This document shows, in pieces, positions 9,902 through 17,922 of a DNA stretch of 64,000 bases. Each line of letters opens with the position of its first letter. The stretch's first letter is position 1. The notes under the pieces were generated by a model. The model saw nothing but the letters and a program-made list of their open reading frames with translations, had not been told where the DNA came from and did not search any database. Source of the stretch: Bacteroidales bacterium (lineage in GTDB: Bacteria > Bacteroidota > Bacteroidia > Bacteroidales > VadinHA17); NCBI GenBank assembly GCA_022865305.1, contig JALHSP010000056.1:128760-192759 (forward strand), in the 5' to 3' direction. Position numbers and translations under genes: made by a program.

Positions 9902-10138
9902 TTACTTAGCGTCCTTTTGTTTTTTCTTAAGTTCCGCTATTTTTTCTTTAAAATATTCTTTACGTAATTTTTCCAGTCGTGTCATCTCTTTACGGATTTT
10001 TTTAGATTGCTGGAGGGCTTCCTTTTTATTTGAATAGTCGAGGTTGATGCCTTTTGTATAAAGTTCCAGCATTTGATTGAAAGCTTCATCCGGATTAAAT
10101 GGTTCTTCGTTATTTTGATTCACTTTTTTATTTTTCAT
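9902..10138 (-). CDS. small Lys/Glu-rich coiled-coil protein, unknown function
   Basis: 78-aa ORF that is highly charged (KKEALQQSKKIRKEMTRLEKLRKEYFKEKIAELKKKQKDAK). No homology recognised. Confidence 0.4.
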   Translation of the reverse strand: MKNKKVNQNNEEPFNPDEAFNQMLELYTKGINLDYSNKKEALQQSKKIRKEMTRLEKLRKEYFKEKIAELKKKQKDAK

Positions 10139-10272
10139 ATTCTATATTTTTAAATAAGAAGCGGCATTTCCTATTAGAAGTCAATGCTGGAACCTACACT
10201 CTGTTTGAATGAGTAGGTAGGAAGGAAATGCCGCTATATCAAATATCGGAAATGTAATTCAGTCAGGCAAGA

Positions 10273-10692
10273 TTAATTATACTTGATATACTTTTCTATC
10301 TGTCCTCGGGAACTTGAAAGAGAATTTGATGTGTTTGATATAATTAAAGTATCAGGTGTTAATTTGTAAATAGTTTCAACACTTTGCCAGCGTGGCATAC
10401 AATCATGTGGATTTAATTTTAATGTGTTGGAACTCTCAAAAACAAAATCCCCAATACAAATTGTACTTCCATCTGCATAAATTGCATATTTCCCATTTGG
10501 ATTATACTTAGTCGTTAGAATTGGAGATTCCTGAACTGTAAACCATCCAAAAGTATGGTCGGATCTTTCACCATAGACTTCAATTAACCTCCACTCCCCT
10601 AAAATAAGGGAATTGGCATCATTTTCAATTCTCTCACATTTAATTGTTAGAAAGATTACAATGAGTATCGAAATGTACTTGATCCACCTCAT
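10273..10692 (-). CDS. small lipoprotein, lipocalin-like
   Basis: 139-aa ORF with signal plus lipobox IVIFLTIKC. It has a GEWRLIEV motif similar to GTWIIRNI in the N-terminal part of the propeller pseudogene. Confidence 0.5.
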   Translation of the reverse strand: MRWIKYISILIVIFLTIKCERIENDANSLILGEWRLIEVYGERSDHTFGWFTVQESPILTTKYNPNGKYAIYADGSTICIGDFVFESSNTLKLNPHDCMPRWQSVETIYKLTPDTLIISNTSNSLSSSRGQIEKYIKYN

Positions 10693-11066
10693 CGTTTCAA
10701 ATTAAATATCTACTAACTCTTTATTTAATTGTCTACCAAAGTTACTCATAATTGATCAATTACGGAGTAATTACACACTAAAAGAGGTTGATAATAAAAT
10801 ATAAATAATGGGAAGCGGTTGCAAAAACCGTTACTAACTTATTTACTTTATTGATCATATTATGGTTAGTTGTTATTTTATATCAAGTATCAAGGTCTGA
10901 GAGTATATCAATATGAGTGATATTGTGATCAGGAATTGGAAAAAAAATCTCATTTATTGTATGCAGTTGCAAAAGCCGGACATATTGACCACATTTGGCC
11001 AGTCAGATTCCAAATAATACACACAACTAAATATCAGGCATTTAACTCCGGCTATGGATGGTCAAT

Positions 11067-11264
11067 TTATTCCGGCCAAATGTGGTCAAGGCAACTGGCT
11101 TTCCCACTAACCCGAAGTTCAAACCACATCCGCATAATAAACACGTCAAGCCAATCAGGGGAACGCCCTATATGTTCTTTAATCTTTTCTTTTGGCAGTA
11201 TCCTTAATTTGCCGTCTTTATCCGATTCAAAAGTCTTTAACATCCCTAATTCTTTACGGATCAT
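11067..11264 (-). pseudogene. C-terminal fragment of a phage terminase large subunit-like gene
   Basis: ...LRILPKEKIKEHIGRSPDWLDVFIMRMWF resembles the conserved extreme C-terminus (..K.e.mk..lGrSPDxaDAl.M) of terminase large subunits. Upstream, the frame is closed by a TGA inside the att-like repeat. No N-terminal ATPase part is present. Confidence 0.4.
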
Positions 11265-11277
11265 CTCAATCTCTCGA

Positions 11278-11294
11278 TCAGATCACCCCGACAA
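11278..11294 (+). repeat. att-like direct repeat, distal copy (orphan tRNA-Pro 3' end)
   Basis: TCAGATCACCCCGACAA is identical to 2562-2578. The preceding CTCGA resembles the tRNA T-loop TTCGAG with a 1-nt gap. Confidence 0.7.
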
Positions 11295-11354
11295 TAATTA
11301 AACGCAATTATCAAATATTTAGATAGTTGCGTTTTCCATTATAAAATAGCCGGA

Positions 11355-12212
11355 TTAATTCACACCAATGAATTTGTAACTGAGCGTTCCTTTCTGGTTG
11401 GATATGCTCAGGTAAGAAGCATCATCAAAATCGTCTTCCAGGGCATCAAGAGTAATATAGAGAGTATTCCCGAAGTTTTCAACGGCATTACTGTGATCGT
11501 GGCCCATAATCATTATGTCGACGCTATGATCGGCGAACAGGTCCAGCAATGCGTACACTTCCTCAACCAGAATAGTAGTACTCTGTACGCGATGTTCACG
11601 GAAAAAGTTGACATGAGTAAAGATTATGCAATTCCTGTAGTTACTACGTGTGTTTTTAATAGTTTCTTTTAACCATTGCATCTGTTTGGGACCCAGAGTA
11701 CCGGTGCCTGTATCGACGCAAATGAAAAGATCCTTCCCGGACAGAGAAGTTACAGTGAATGTATAAACCGATGAACCAAAGTTTTCAGTAAAGGAAATCC
11801 AGCCATGGAAAAACAGGTCATGATTTCCAACTGCCACAAAATAAGGAACTGGAGCAAATCCGGTCAGATGTTTCATTACAGTATCATAATCATTTTTCAA
11901 TCCTGTTGTCACATCGCCTGCAATTAAGGAAAACGAAATTTCGGGTTCATGCGATTTCTCAATAAAATAATCAAGATTTGCTGTGGGACCACAATGAGAA
12001 TCGCCGGCAACAAGGAAAGTGTAATTGTCTGAATTCACGATAATATTTTTCTCAGGATGAACCTGGTTCCAGTCCATTGAATTATCAAATCTTTCATTGG
12101 AGCGTTCTTCAGTGTAAAAAAATCCACCAAGATCCACATCGCCTGAGCATGACTGGATGAAAAAAATCGCTGCCAGAGAAATTATATGTCCTGCCCTTTT
12201 AAAATATCCCAT
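11355..12212 (-). CDS. calcineurin-like metallophosphoesterase lipoprotein
   Basis: Motifs GDSH, GDVTTG, GNHD, FTHV and GHDH are present in order. Lipobox IFFIQSC follows the Met at 12212. The ORF extends to 12260. Confidence 0.75.
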   Translation of the reverse strand: MGYFKRAGHIISLAAIFFIQSCSGDVDLGGFFYTEERSNERFDNSMDWNQVHPEKNIIVNSDNYTFLVAGDSHCGPTANLDYFIEKSHEPEISFSLIAGDVTTGLKNDYDTVMKHLTGFAPVPYFVAVGNHDLFFHGWISFTENFGSSVYTFTVTSLSGKDLFICVDTGTGTLGPKQMQWLKETIKNTRSNYRNCIIFTHVNFFREHRVQSTTILVEEVYALLDLFADHSVDIMIMGHDHSNAVENFGNTLYITLDALEDDFDDASYLSISNQKGTLSYKFIGVN

Positions 12213-12949
12213 TTTATTCCCAATCGAATTAAATACCCGAAATAATCTACTTTTATACACAATAAACCTCCACTTTTATAGCCAATATCTATGAATGACG
12301 AGAGGTTTTCTCTGAACTGATATGTCCCCTTCAGGAGAACCACTGGATTAGTCTCCTGTTCGATTATGAAATAGTCTCTATTGGTCACGGAAAACATTAA
12401 ATTCCATAGTTTTTCTTCCCTGTTGAGACGGTATTGAAATGTATAGATGAAGTTTCCGGGTTCAATTATCCTGTAATTGCCGGAAGGATTTTCGTCTGAC
12501 CGGATATATGCTTTACTGAACCGGTAGGTCCGGTAGTTGTTTCCCAGAGTGAACCTGAAATGGGGCAACGTATAGTTTAAAGTTAAGCAAAAGTTAGTTT
12601 CCCTTAATTCGGTTGAAAATGGTGCCCATAAATAGAATCCGGAAACAGCAAAAGATTGTTTGAGTAACGAGAACTTACGTGTATACCCCAGTGAATAACC
12701 TCCGAAGTTTGTTTCCCGATCTCCTCCGAATGATAATAAAATGCCGGCATCAAAACTATCATTCTTTAAATCGTAAGAAGGAAATATGGAATAACTGAAA
12801 TAACCCTTGTTAAAAATATTGTTTTGCCCTGCCTCTACGAAGCTCATAATTGAAGGTTGAGAAGAACAGATAATCGCAAAAAGCCATAACATTAGCAGTG
12901 ATGCTGCCAACTTCTTTGCTGAAATCCTTATCAGTCGCCGCTTTAGCAT
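12182..12949 (-). CDS. hypothetical outer-membrane (beta-barrel-like) protein
   Basis: 255-aa ORF with a signal peptide (LAASLLMLWLFAIICSSQ) and an alternating aromatic/polar pattern. It overlaps the start of the downstream phosphoesterase gene. Confidence 0.5.
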   Translation of the reverse strand: MLKRRLIRISAKKLAASLLMLWLFAIICSSQPSIMSFVEAGQNNIFNKGYFSYSIFPSYDLKNDSFDAGILLSFGGDRETNFGGYSLGYTRKFSLLKQSFAVSGFYLWAPFSTELRETNFCLTLNYTLPHFRFTLGNNYRTYRFSKAYIRSDENPSGNYRIIEPGNFIYTFQYRLNREEKLWNLMFSVTNRDYFIIEQETNPVVLLKGTYQFRENLSSFIDIGYKSGGLLCIKVDYFGYLIRLGIKWDILKGQDI

Positions 12950-13050
12950 ACGGATTGTTTCTCGAATTTTGTCGGTATATGAACAAATTTACTAATATTT
13001 TTCATTATTAATGAATTAATTTTAAATAAGATTCCCAGCTGTAAAATACA

Positions 13051-15321
13051 TCAGAAATTAAATCCTAAACTTATATAACTTTTAATTTTTTTGAAATACT
13101 CTTCTTCATTGTTATATTGTCCGAGCATCATACCGGCTTTTAACGGACCGATTATCGACATATAACCAACTCCCAGACCATATCCTGCCAGGAATGAATA
13201 TCCGTTTTCTCTGTCTGCCTCCTGTGCAGCAAATACATTTGCCATTATGCTTATATGGAAATCTTTGAATAATTCCATGTCGAGTTCAGTTCCTATTCCG
13301 GCCAGCTTTTTAACAGGTATTTCATTTGTCTGAAAACCGATCATCGGGATCGATCTCCTGTTAACCGATTCAGTTCCACCCAGCAGAAAGAAATTGTTAT
13401 GCCCGGTAATTGAATCGCAGTCAGAAATAAAAAGGACATCTCCGCTTATTGAGAGCGTCCACCTGTCAACCGATGTAAAATAGTGCTTAAAATTTCCCGA
13501 TAATGTAAAAAACATGTTAAATGCAAAATTCCCGGGTGAATCATTTTTAAAATCTGTTTTTTCAGATTCTGTTTTAATATTGGCTGAAAGAAGTTTTGAA
13601 GTTCCTGCAGAAAGATTAAGTATCATACCCCTGTCAGGGAAATACTTGCTGTTGAGAGTATTTACCCTGTAATCATAAGTTGCTGTAAAATATTTATATG
13701 ATATATTTTTCAGATTTACCTCAGAAACATAATCCGGCAACAGATTAAGATTTTCGTAATCAGCAGAGATATTCATGAAATTATTTAATCCCAGCCTCCG
13801 GTTAATGTTCAGGCCTGCAGTAAAATTACGGCTTATTACTCTGCCTGTTTCTCCCATTAAGTCCAGCACTGGAATAAGTGTATTATCGGTATAGAATTCA
13901 GCCGATAATCCAACCTTCTGGTTTCTGTCAATATACTGAAGAAAAGTAGTCCGGCCCCTGAAATACTCGCCCAGATAGGAATCCAGATCTATAACAGATC
14001 CTAGCGTGAGCAGATTTTTGAGCGATGCCCTTAAAACAATACCGGTACCGAGAGTGTTGTCAAAGTATACTGATCCATACAGCATTGCCTTTGCCCTCTC
14101 AATGCAATCAATACACAGAATAAGGGAATCGTTCCGGGGAACTATCCTGTATTTTACTTTCTCGAACCAAGCTTTGCCATATAGCAATTCAATTCTACTG
14201 CTTAACAGATATTTATCGGTTTGTTGTCCAGGTTCAATGTCAAGAACATCAAGTATCTGCAGATCTGAATAGATGTTATTACCATTTATTTCTATCCTGT
14301 CGAAAGAATAATATTGCTTATCCAGAATATTTTCGATCGGATTCTGTAAACTATATTTATTAAGGGAATCTGCCAGCTTTTTAAAATAATCCCTGTAAGG
14401 AAGTGTTGCTTTATACCCCCTTTGGATAATCGTATCGACATTGTCGAAATCAGTTGCCGAGAGATCCTTAATTTCAGGCATAATAACCAGATCGGCCAGT
14501 TTTTTCTCTTCTTCAAAGTCTTTTATACTCATGGAAAACGCTAACTGTTTTATTATTTCTGAAACTGATTGCAGCTTCTCCTCGGTATAACGGTAGGCAC
14601 CGACATAGGATCCGATCACAATATCTGCCCCCATTTCCCTGACCTCACTTGCAGCGAAATTTCTAAGAAAACCTCCGTCTATAAGCAAAGCAGTATCAAT
14701 CTTTATTGGTGTGAACAATGTCGGGACAGCCATGCTTGCCCTCATGGCGTCGGGAAGGCAGCCTGTTTTAAGATCAACTTTTTTTCCAGTAATGAGGTCG
14801 GTTCCGACGCACATGAAAGGTATCGGGAACTTTGAAAAGTCATTTATGTCTGCCGCAGGCCATGTATAAAAGCTGAGCGAATTCTCAATCAGCTGCCCGT
14901 TGATCATACCGGAAGGAAGTTTAACCTTACTGAACGATAATGGCAGAGATATAATGCTGTTATAGAAATTTTTCTTTTCAGGGAATATAATTTTGTTCTC
15001 CGGAATTTTGTTCGACAATACAGCATTCCAGTTCATGGACTTGAGTATTTTATACAAACTGTCAGCCCCGTACCCTATTGAGTACATCCCCCCAACGATA
15101 CTTCCCATGCTGACACCTGTAATAAAATCGGGTCTTAAACCGGATTCCTCCATAACTTTAATTACTCCGACATGTGCCATTCCAAGCGCTCCGCCTCCGC
15201 TTAAAACCAAACCAACACTGGGCCTTTCGTCTGAAGACTGAGCTGAAACGAGTGGCTGAAGAAACAATGAAAAGAAGAAAACAGTCAGGCTTACCTGAAT
15301 AGCTTTAAGTGAAGATTTCAT
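13051..15321 (-). CDS. patatin-like phospholipase fused to an Omp85/BamA-type barrel (PlpD-like, type Vd)
   Basis: Patatin motifs SGGGALG, GVSMGS (GxSxG) and DGGF. The long C-terminal beta-rich domain ends in ...ISLGFNF. A signal peptide follows the Met at 15321. The ORF extends to 15435. Confidence 0.8.
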   Translation of the reverse strand: MKSSLKAIQVSLTVFFFSLFLQPLVSAQSSDERPSVGLVLSGGGALGMAHVGVIKVMEESGLRPDFITGVSMGSIVGGMYSIGYGADSLYKILKSMNWNAVLSNKIPENKIIFPEKKNFYNSIISLPLSFSKVKLPSGMINGQLIENSLSFYTWPAADINDFSKFPIPFMCVGTDLITGKKVDLKTGCLPDAMRASMAVPTLFTPIKIDTALLIDGGFLRNFAASEVREMGADIVIGSYVGAYRYTEEKLQSVSEIIKQLAFSMSIKDFEEEKKLADLVIMPEIKDLSATDFDNVDTIIQRGYKATLPYRDYFKKLADSLNKYSLQNPIENILDKQYYSFDRIEINGNNIYSDLQILDVLDIEPGQQTDKYLLSSRIELLYGKAWFEKVKYRIVPRNDSLILCIDCIERAKAMLYGSVYFDNTLGTGIVLRASLKNLLTLGSVIDLDSYLGEYFRGRTTFLQYIDRNQKVGLSAEFYTDNTLIPVLDLMGETGRVISRNFTAGLNINRRLGLNNFMNISADYENLNLLPDYVSEVNLKNISYKYFTATYDYRVNTLNSKYFPDRGMILNLSAGTSKLLSANIKTESEKTDFKNDSPGNFAFNMFFTLSGNFKHYFTSVDRWTLSISGDVLFISDCDSITGHNNFFLLGGTESVNRRSIPMIGFQTNEIPVKKLAGIGTELDMELFKDFHISIMANVFAAQEADRENGYSFLAGYGLGVGYMSIIGPLKAGMMLGQYNNEEEYFKKIKSYISLGFNF

Positions 15322-15820
15322 ATTGCCATTGGAGTTTATTTCAAAAGAAATACGTTGATAAACATTTTGATATTTAGCATATTTAGGACCAAGATAGTAA
15401 TTTTTAGTAATATTTGAAATTGAAAATTCAGTCAACTTTCAGAGGTGAATGGCTACCCGGGACCAACAATAAGTTGTATACCTTATCCCTGTGCAGTATG
15501 ACTCACAGAACCTCCGGTTCCTGTAGCGTTACCACCTGTTGCAGGGATTGTATTCTGTGCCTGGATTGTACCGTATCCAAACAGACAGAATGCGATCACA
15601 TTTTAAATAAATATTTCATATGATCAGGATTTTGTAAATCAGAAATCTTAGAAAATGATCCATTCGCATGCGATAAATTGTTAACATGGAATAATGCTTA
15701 ACCAAAGATAACAGTTTCAAATTGACTTATAACTTCAGGGTGGTAGCAATCAAAAGATTCAGATAATTTGTTTAATTTTATATAATTCAAAAACAATTAA
15801 TTGACCGAAAGTTTTTAAAG

Positions 15821-16294
15821 ATGAAAAAGATGAGAATTTCTTTTTTTATTGTCATTGTTATGGCACTGATTACGACATCATCATTTTACCAGAAGCAGGA
15901 TTTTAATTCAAATAAAAATACCGTTCAGGATACCATAATTAAATACCTGGATGGCACATATGAGGGGCTATCCCAACATATATATACTAATGAACCATAC
16001 TGGGGAAAAGTCCGGATTACAATTGATAAAGGAATGTTAACCGGGATTAATTACATTATCAGGGACTCGAATCTGCATGAGACATTCAGTAAGAATTATA
16101 AAAAGCATTTTAAAGGGAACAGGGAATATATTCAACAATGCCTGAATGACTGGAAAGGCGTTCAGAAGTATCCAAAAAAACTGCTGGGCAGTCAGAATAT
16201 CAATAAAATCGATGCTTTATCCGGAGCAACATGGTCATATAACATTTTCAAGGCATCAGCCGGAGAGGCATTGAAAAAGGCAGAATTAAAATAA
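15821..16294 (+). CDS. exported FMN-binding-domain protein
   Basis: 157-aa ORF with a signal peptide. The C-terminal IDALSGATWSYNIF matches the FMN_bind SGAT(x)S motif. Confidence 0.55.
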   Translation: MKKMRISFFIVIVMALITTSSFYQKQDFNSNKNTVQDTIIKYLDGTYEGLSQHIYTNEPYWGKVRITIDKGMLTGINYIIRDSNLHETFSKNYKKHFKGNREYIQQCLNDWKGVQKYPKKLLGSQNINKIDALSGATWSYNIFKASAGEALKKAELK

Positions 16295-16332
16295 ACAGAA
16301 TTTCAAATGTTATAGTCAGATTGTAATTTATC

Positions 16333-16354
16333 AACGTATTATTATACGTTTTTT
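16333..16354 (+). terminator. terminator between convergent genes
   Basis: AACGTAT-TATT-ATACGTT followed by TTTT. It is embedded in a longer 12-bp palindrome ATCAACGTATTA/TAATACGTTGAT (16330-16365) that could act in both directions. Confidence 0.5.
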
Positions 16355-16443
16355 AATACGTTGATATTGCACCCGTCCTTTATCAGTTCAATGCTTTTAT
16401 AAGGGTGTAAAACTTCCTGCATATTACGACAAAGGATAGCTTT

Positions 16444-17124
16444 TTATTTCATACCACCGGAGTACCTGACAATCTGAATCATATCTGCATATCTGTCAAA
16501 CTTCAGACGGTTTTTCTTGATATACTCTTTTATCCCTTCAGCCTTATCCGGAAAGAGTTTCAGATACTGTTTTTCATTTGTAAAACTTAACATCTCATTA
16601 TTCCTGCGAATCCAGTAGGCTGAAGCAGCTTTAACAGTATAATCAGCAGGTAATTCGAGATTAAACTCACCACTTGATAGTTTTATAGTGGATAAATATT
16701 TACTCGATGCAAGCTGTGATGTCCCCCCATAACCAACAGGTTTTCCTGCAGGTAACAAATCGCCTTTGTTCTGAATGAAAAGATCTACCGGACCACCGGA
16801 TAGCAGAACCTCATAAAATATCTTGCCTGACGGAACAAATTTACTATCATTCAGTAAAATCGTATCTACAATTTCAGGATTTGTCATATCATAATACTTG
16901 TTGTCCCGTGAAAAAACCATCCTTTCCGTTACAATATTATAATTCATCACCGAACTCTGAATCTGCCCGTTTTTCATTCTCACCTCGCATTTGCTGAATT
17001 CCGGGAAAAGATACTGTGGTCTAGAACCATCACTATTGGTCTGACCTGATAGTATAACAGGGAAACCTGTAAACAGTCCGGCCGTCAGAACTCTGAGAAA
17101 ATTTTGAATATACTTATATTTCAT
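16444..17124 (-). CDS. hypothetical exported protein
   Basis: A signal peptide follows the Met at 17124 (MKYKYIQNFLRVLTAGLFTGFPVILSGQ). It starts 7 nt after the GH16 stop, so is probably co-transcribed. Confidence 0.55.
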   Translation of the reverse strand: MKYKYIQNFLRVLTAGLFTGFPVILSGQTNSDGSRPQYLFPEFSKCEVRMKNGQIQSSVMNYNIVTERMVFSRDNKYYDMTNPEIVDTILLNDSKFVPSGKIFYEVLLSGGPVDLFIQNKGDLLPAGKPVGYGGTSQLASSKYLSTIKLSSGEFNLELPADYTVKAASAYWIRRNNEMLSFTNEKQYLKLFPDKAEGIKEYIKKNRLKFDRYADMIQIVRYSGGMK

Positions 17125-17131
17125 TTGTTTC

Positions 17132-17899
17132 TTATTTATTAATTTTCTGATATACACGGACATAATCAACATAAACCGTATCAGGGAATTGTGTTGTCTC
17201 GTCGGGATTCTTTGGCCAGTTCCCTCCTATCGCCAGATTAAGTATGATATAAAACGGCTTATGAAGTTCTGCAGTACTGTTAATGGAATTTTCAATGCTG
17301 ACTTCATGGTATTGTGCACCATCAAGAAACCATTTTATTTTATCCTTATCCCATTCAACAGTATAATTATGATACTGAGAGACATTGCAGGCTGTTTTAG
17401 TGCCATTGGAGACATGTTTTTCATTATGCCAGTGAAGAGTACCATACAAAATATCCTCATTATTGATATGTTCCATAATGTCAATCTCTCCGCATTCCGG
17501 CCATCCGACCTGATGAATATTCTGACCCAGCATCCAGAATGCGGGCCACATACCTTGCCCTTTTGGAAGCTTCATACGTGCATCAATCTTCCCATATGTC
17601 CAGCTATGCTTACCATCAGTGGTAATGCTTGCTGATGTATATTCCGCTGACTCAAATAATTCTTTCCTTCCTATTAAAAGCAGTCTACCATTGTCAACAA
17701 CAGCATTTTCCAGTCGCTGGGAGGTATAATACTGAAGCTCATTGTTCCTTACAAAACCAACTTCATAACCCCATTTCGAAGCATCAGGTAAGCCCGTGTA
17801 GTCAAATTCATCTGCCCATACAAGCTGCCAGGGCAGTTCTTTTGCCTGATCACACCCGGAAAGCAGTAATAAAAGAGTACAAATCGTTATTAATTTCAT
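17132..17899 (-). CDS. glycoside hydrolase family 16 (beta-glucanase/laminarinase-like) lipoprotein
   Basis: Canonical GH16 catalytic motif GEIDIMEH (ExDxxE) plus WPAFWMLG. Lipobox LLLLSGC. Confidence 0.85.
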   Translation of the reverse strand: MKLITICTLLLLLSGCDQAKELPWQLVWADEFDYTGLPDASKWGYEVGFVRNNELQYYTSQRLENAVVDNGRLLLIGRKELFESAEYTSASITTDGKHSWTYGKIDARMKLPKGQGMWPAFWMLGQNIHQVGWPECGEIDIMEHINNEDILYGTLHWHNEKHVSNGTKTACNVSQYHNYTVEWDKDKIKWFLDGAQYHEVSIENSINSTAELHKPFYIILNLAIGGNWPKNPDETTQFPDTVYVDYVRVYQKINK

Positions 17900-17922
17900 C
17901 GTTTAATTGTTTTACATAATAA

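Larger units (their letters stand above)
2562..11294 (+). mobile_element. putative degraded tRNA-Pro-associated genomic island (no integrase found)
   Basis: Bounded by the 17-bp direct repeat of the tRNA 3' end. Content is all accessory-looking (lipoproteins, radical SAM, phage terminase fragment). It looks more AT-rich by eye than the flanks and contains private dispersed repeats. Confidence 0.45.

Noticed and set aside
10936-11301. 121-aa plus-strand ORF
   Set aside because: It lies antisense to the terminase-like fragment and spans the inverted repeat and the att-like repeat. It needs a TTG start at 10936 (TTGGAAAAAAAA), since no in-frame ATG begins the ORF, and its composition does not look protein-like.
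11300-11334. Hairpin AAACGCAA-19 nt-TTGCGTTT after the orphan tRNA end as a firm terminator feature
   Set aside because: The stem is short and AT-rich with a large loop and only a 4-T tail. It could equally serve the convergent phosphoesterase gene. It is kept only as supporting context for the island hypothesis.
15414-15623. 69-aa Cys-rich plus-strand ORF that might have been a small disulfide-rich peptide
   Set aside because: The opposite strand carries a much more convincing, though frameshifted, signal-peptide ORF. The Cys richness derives from reading the GCA/ACA-rich complement.
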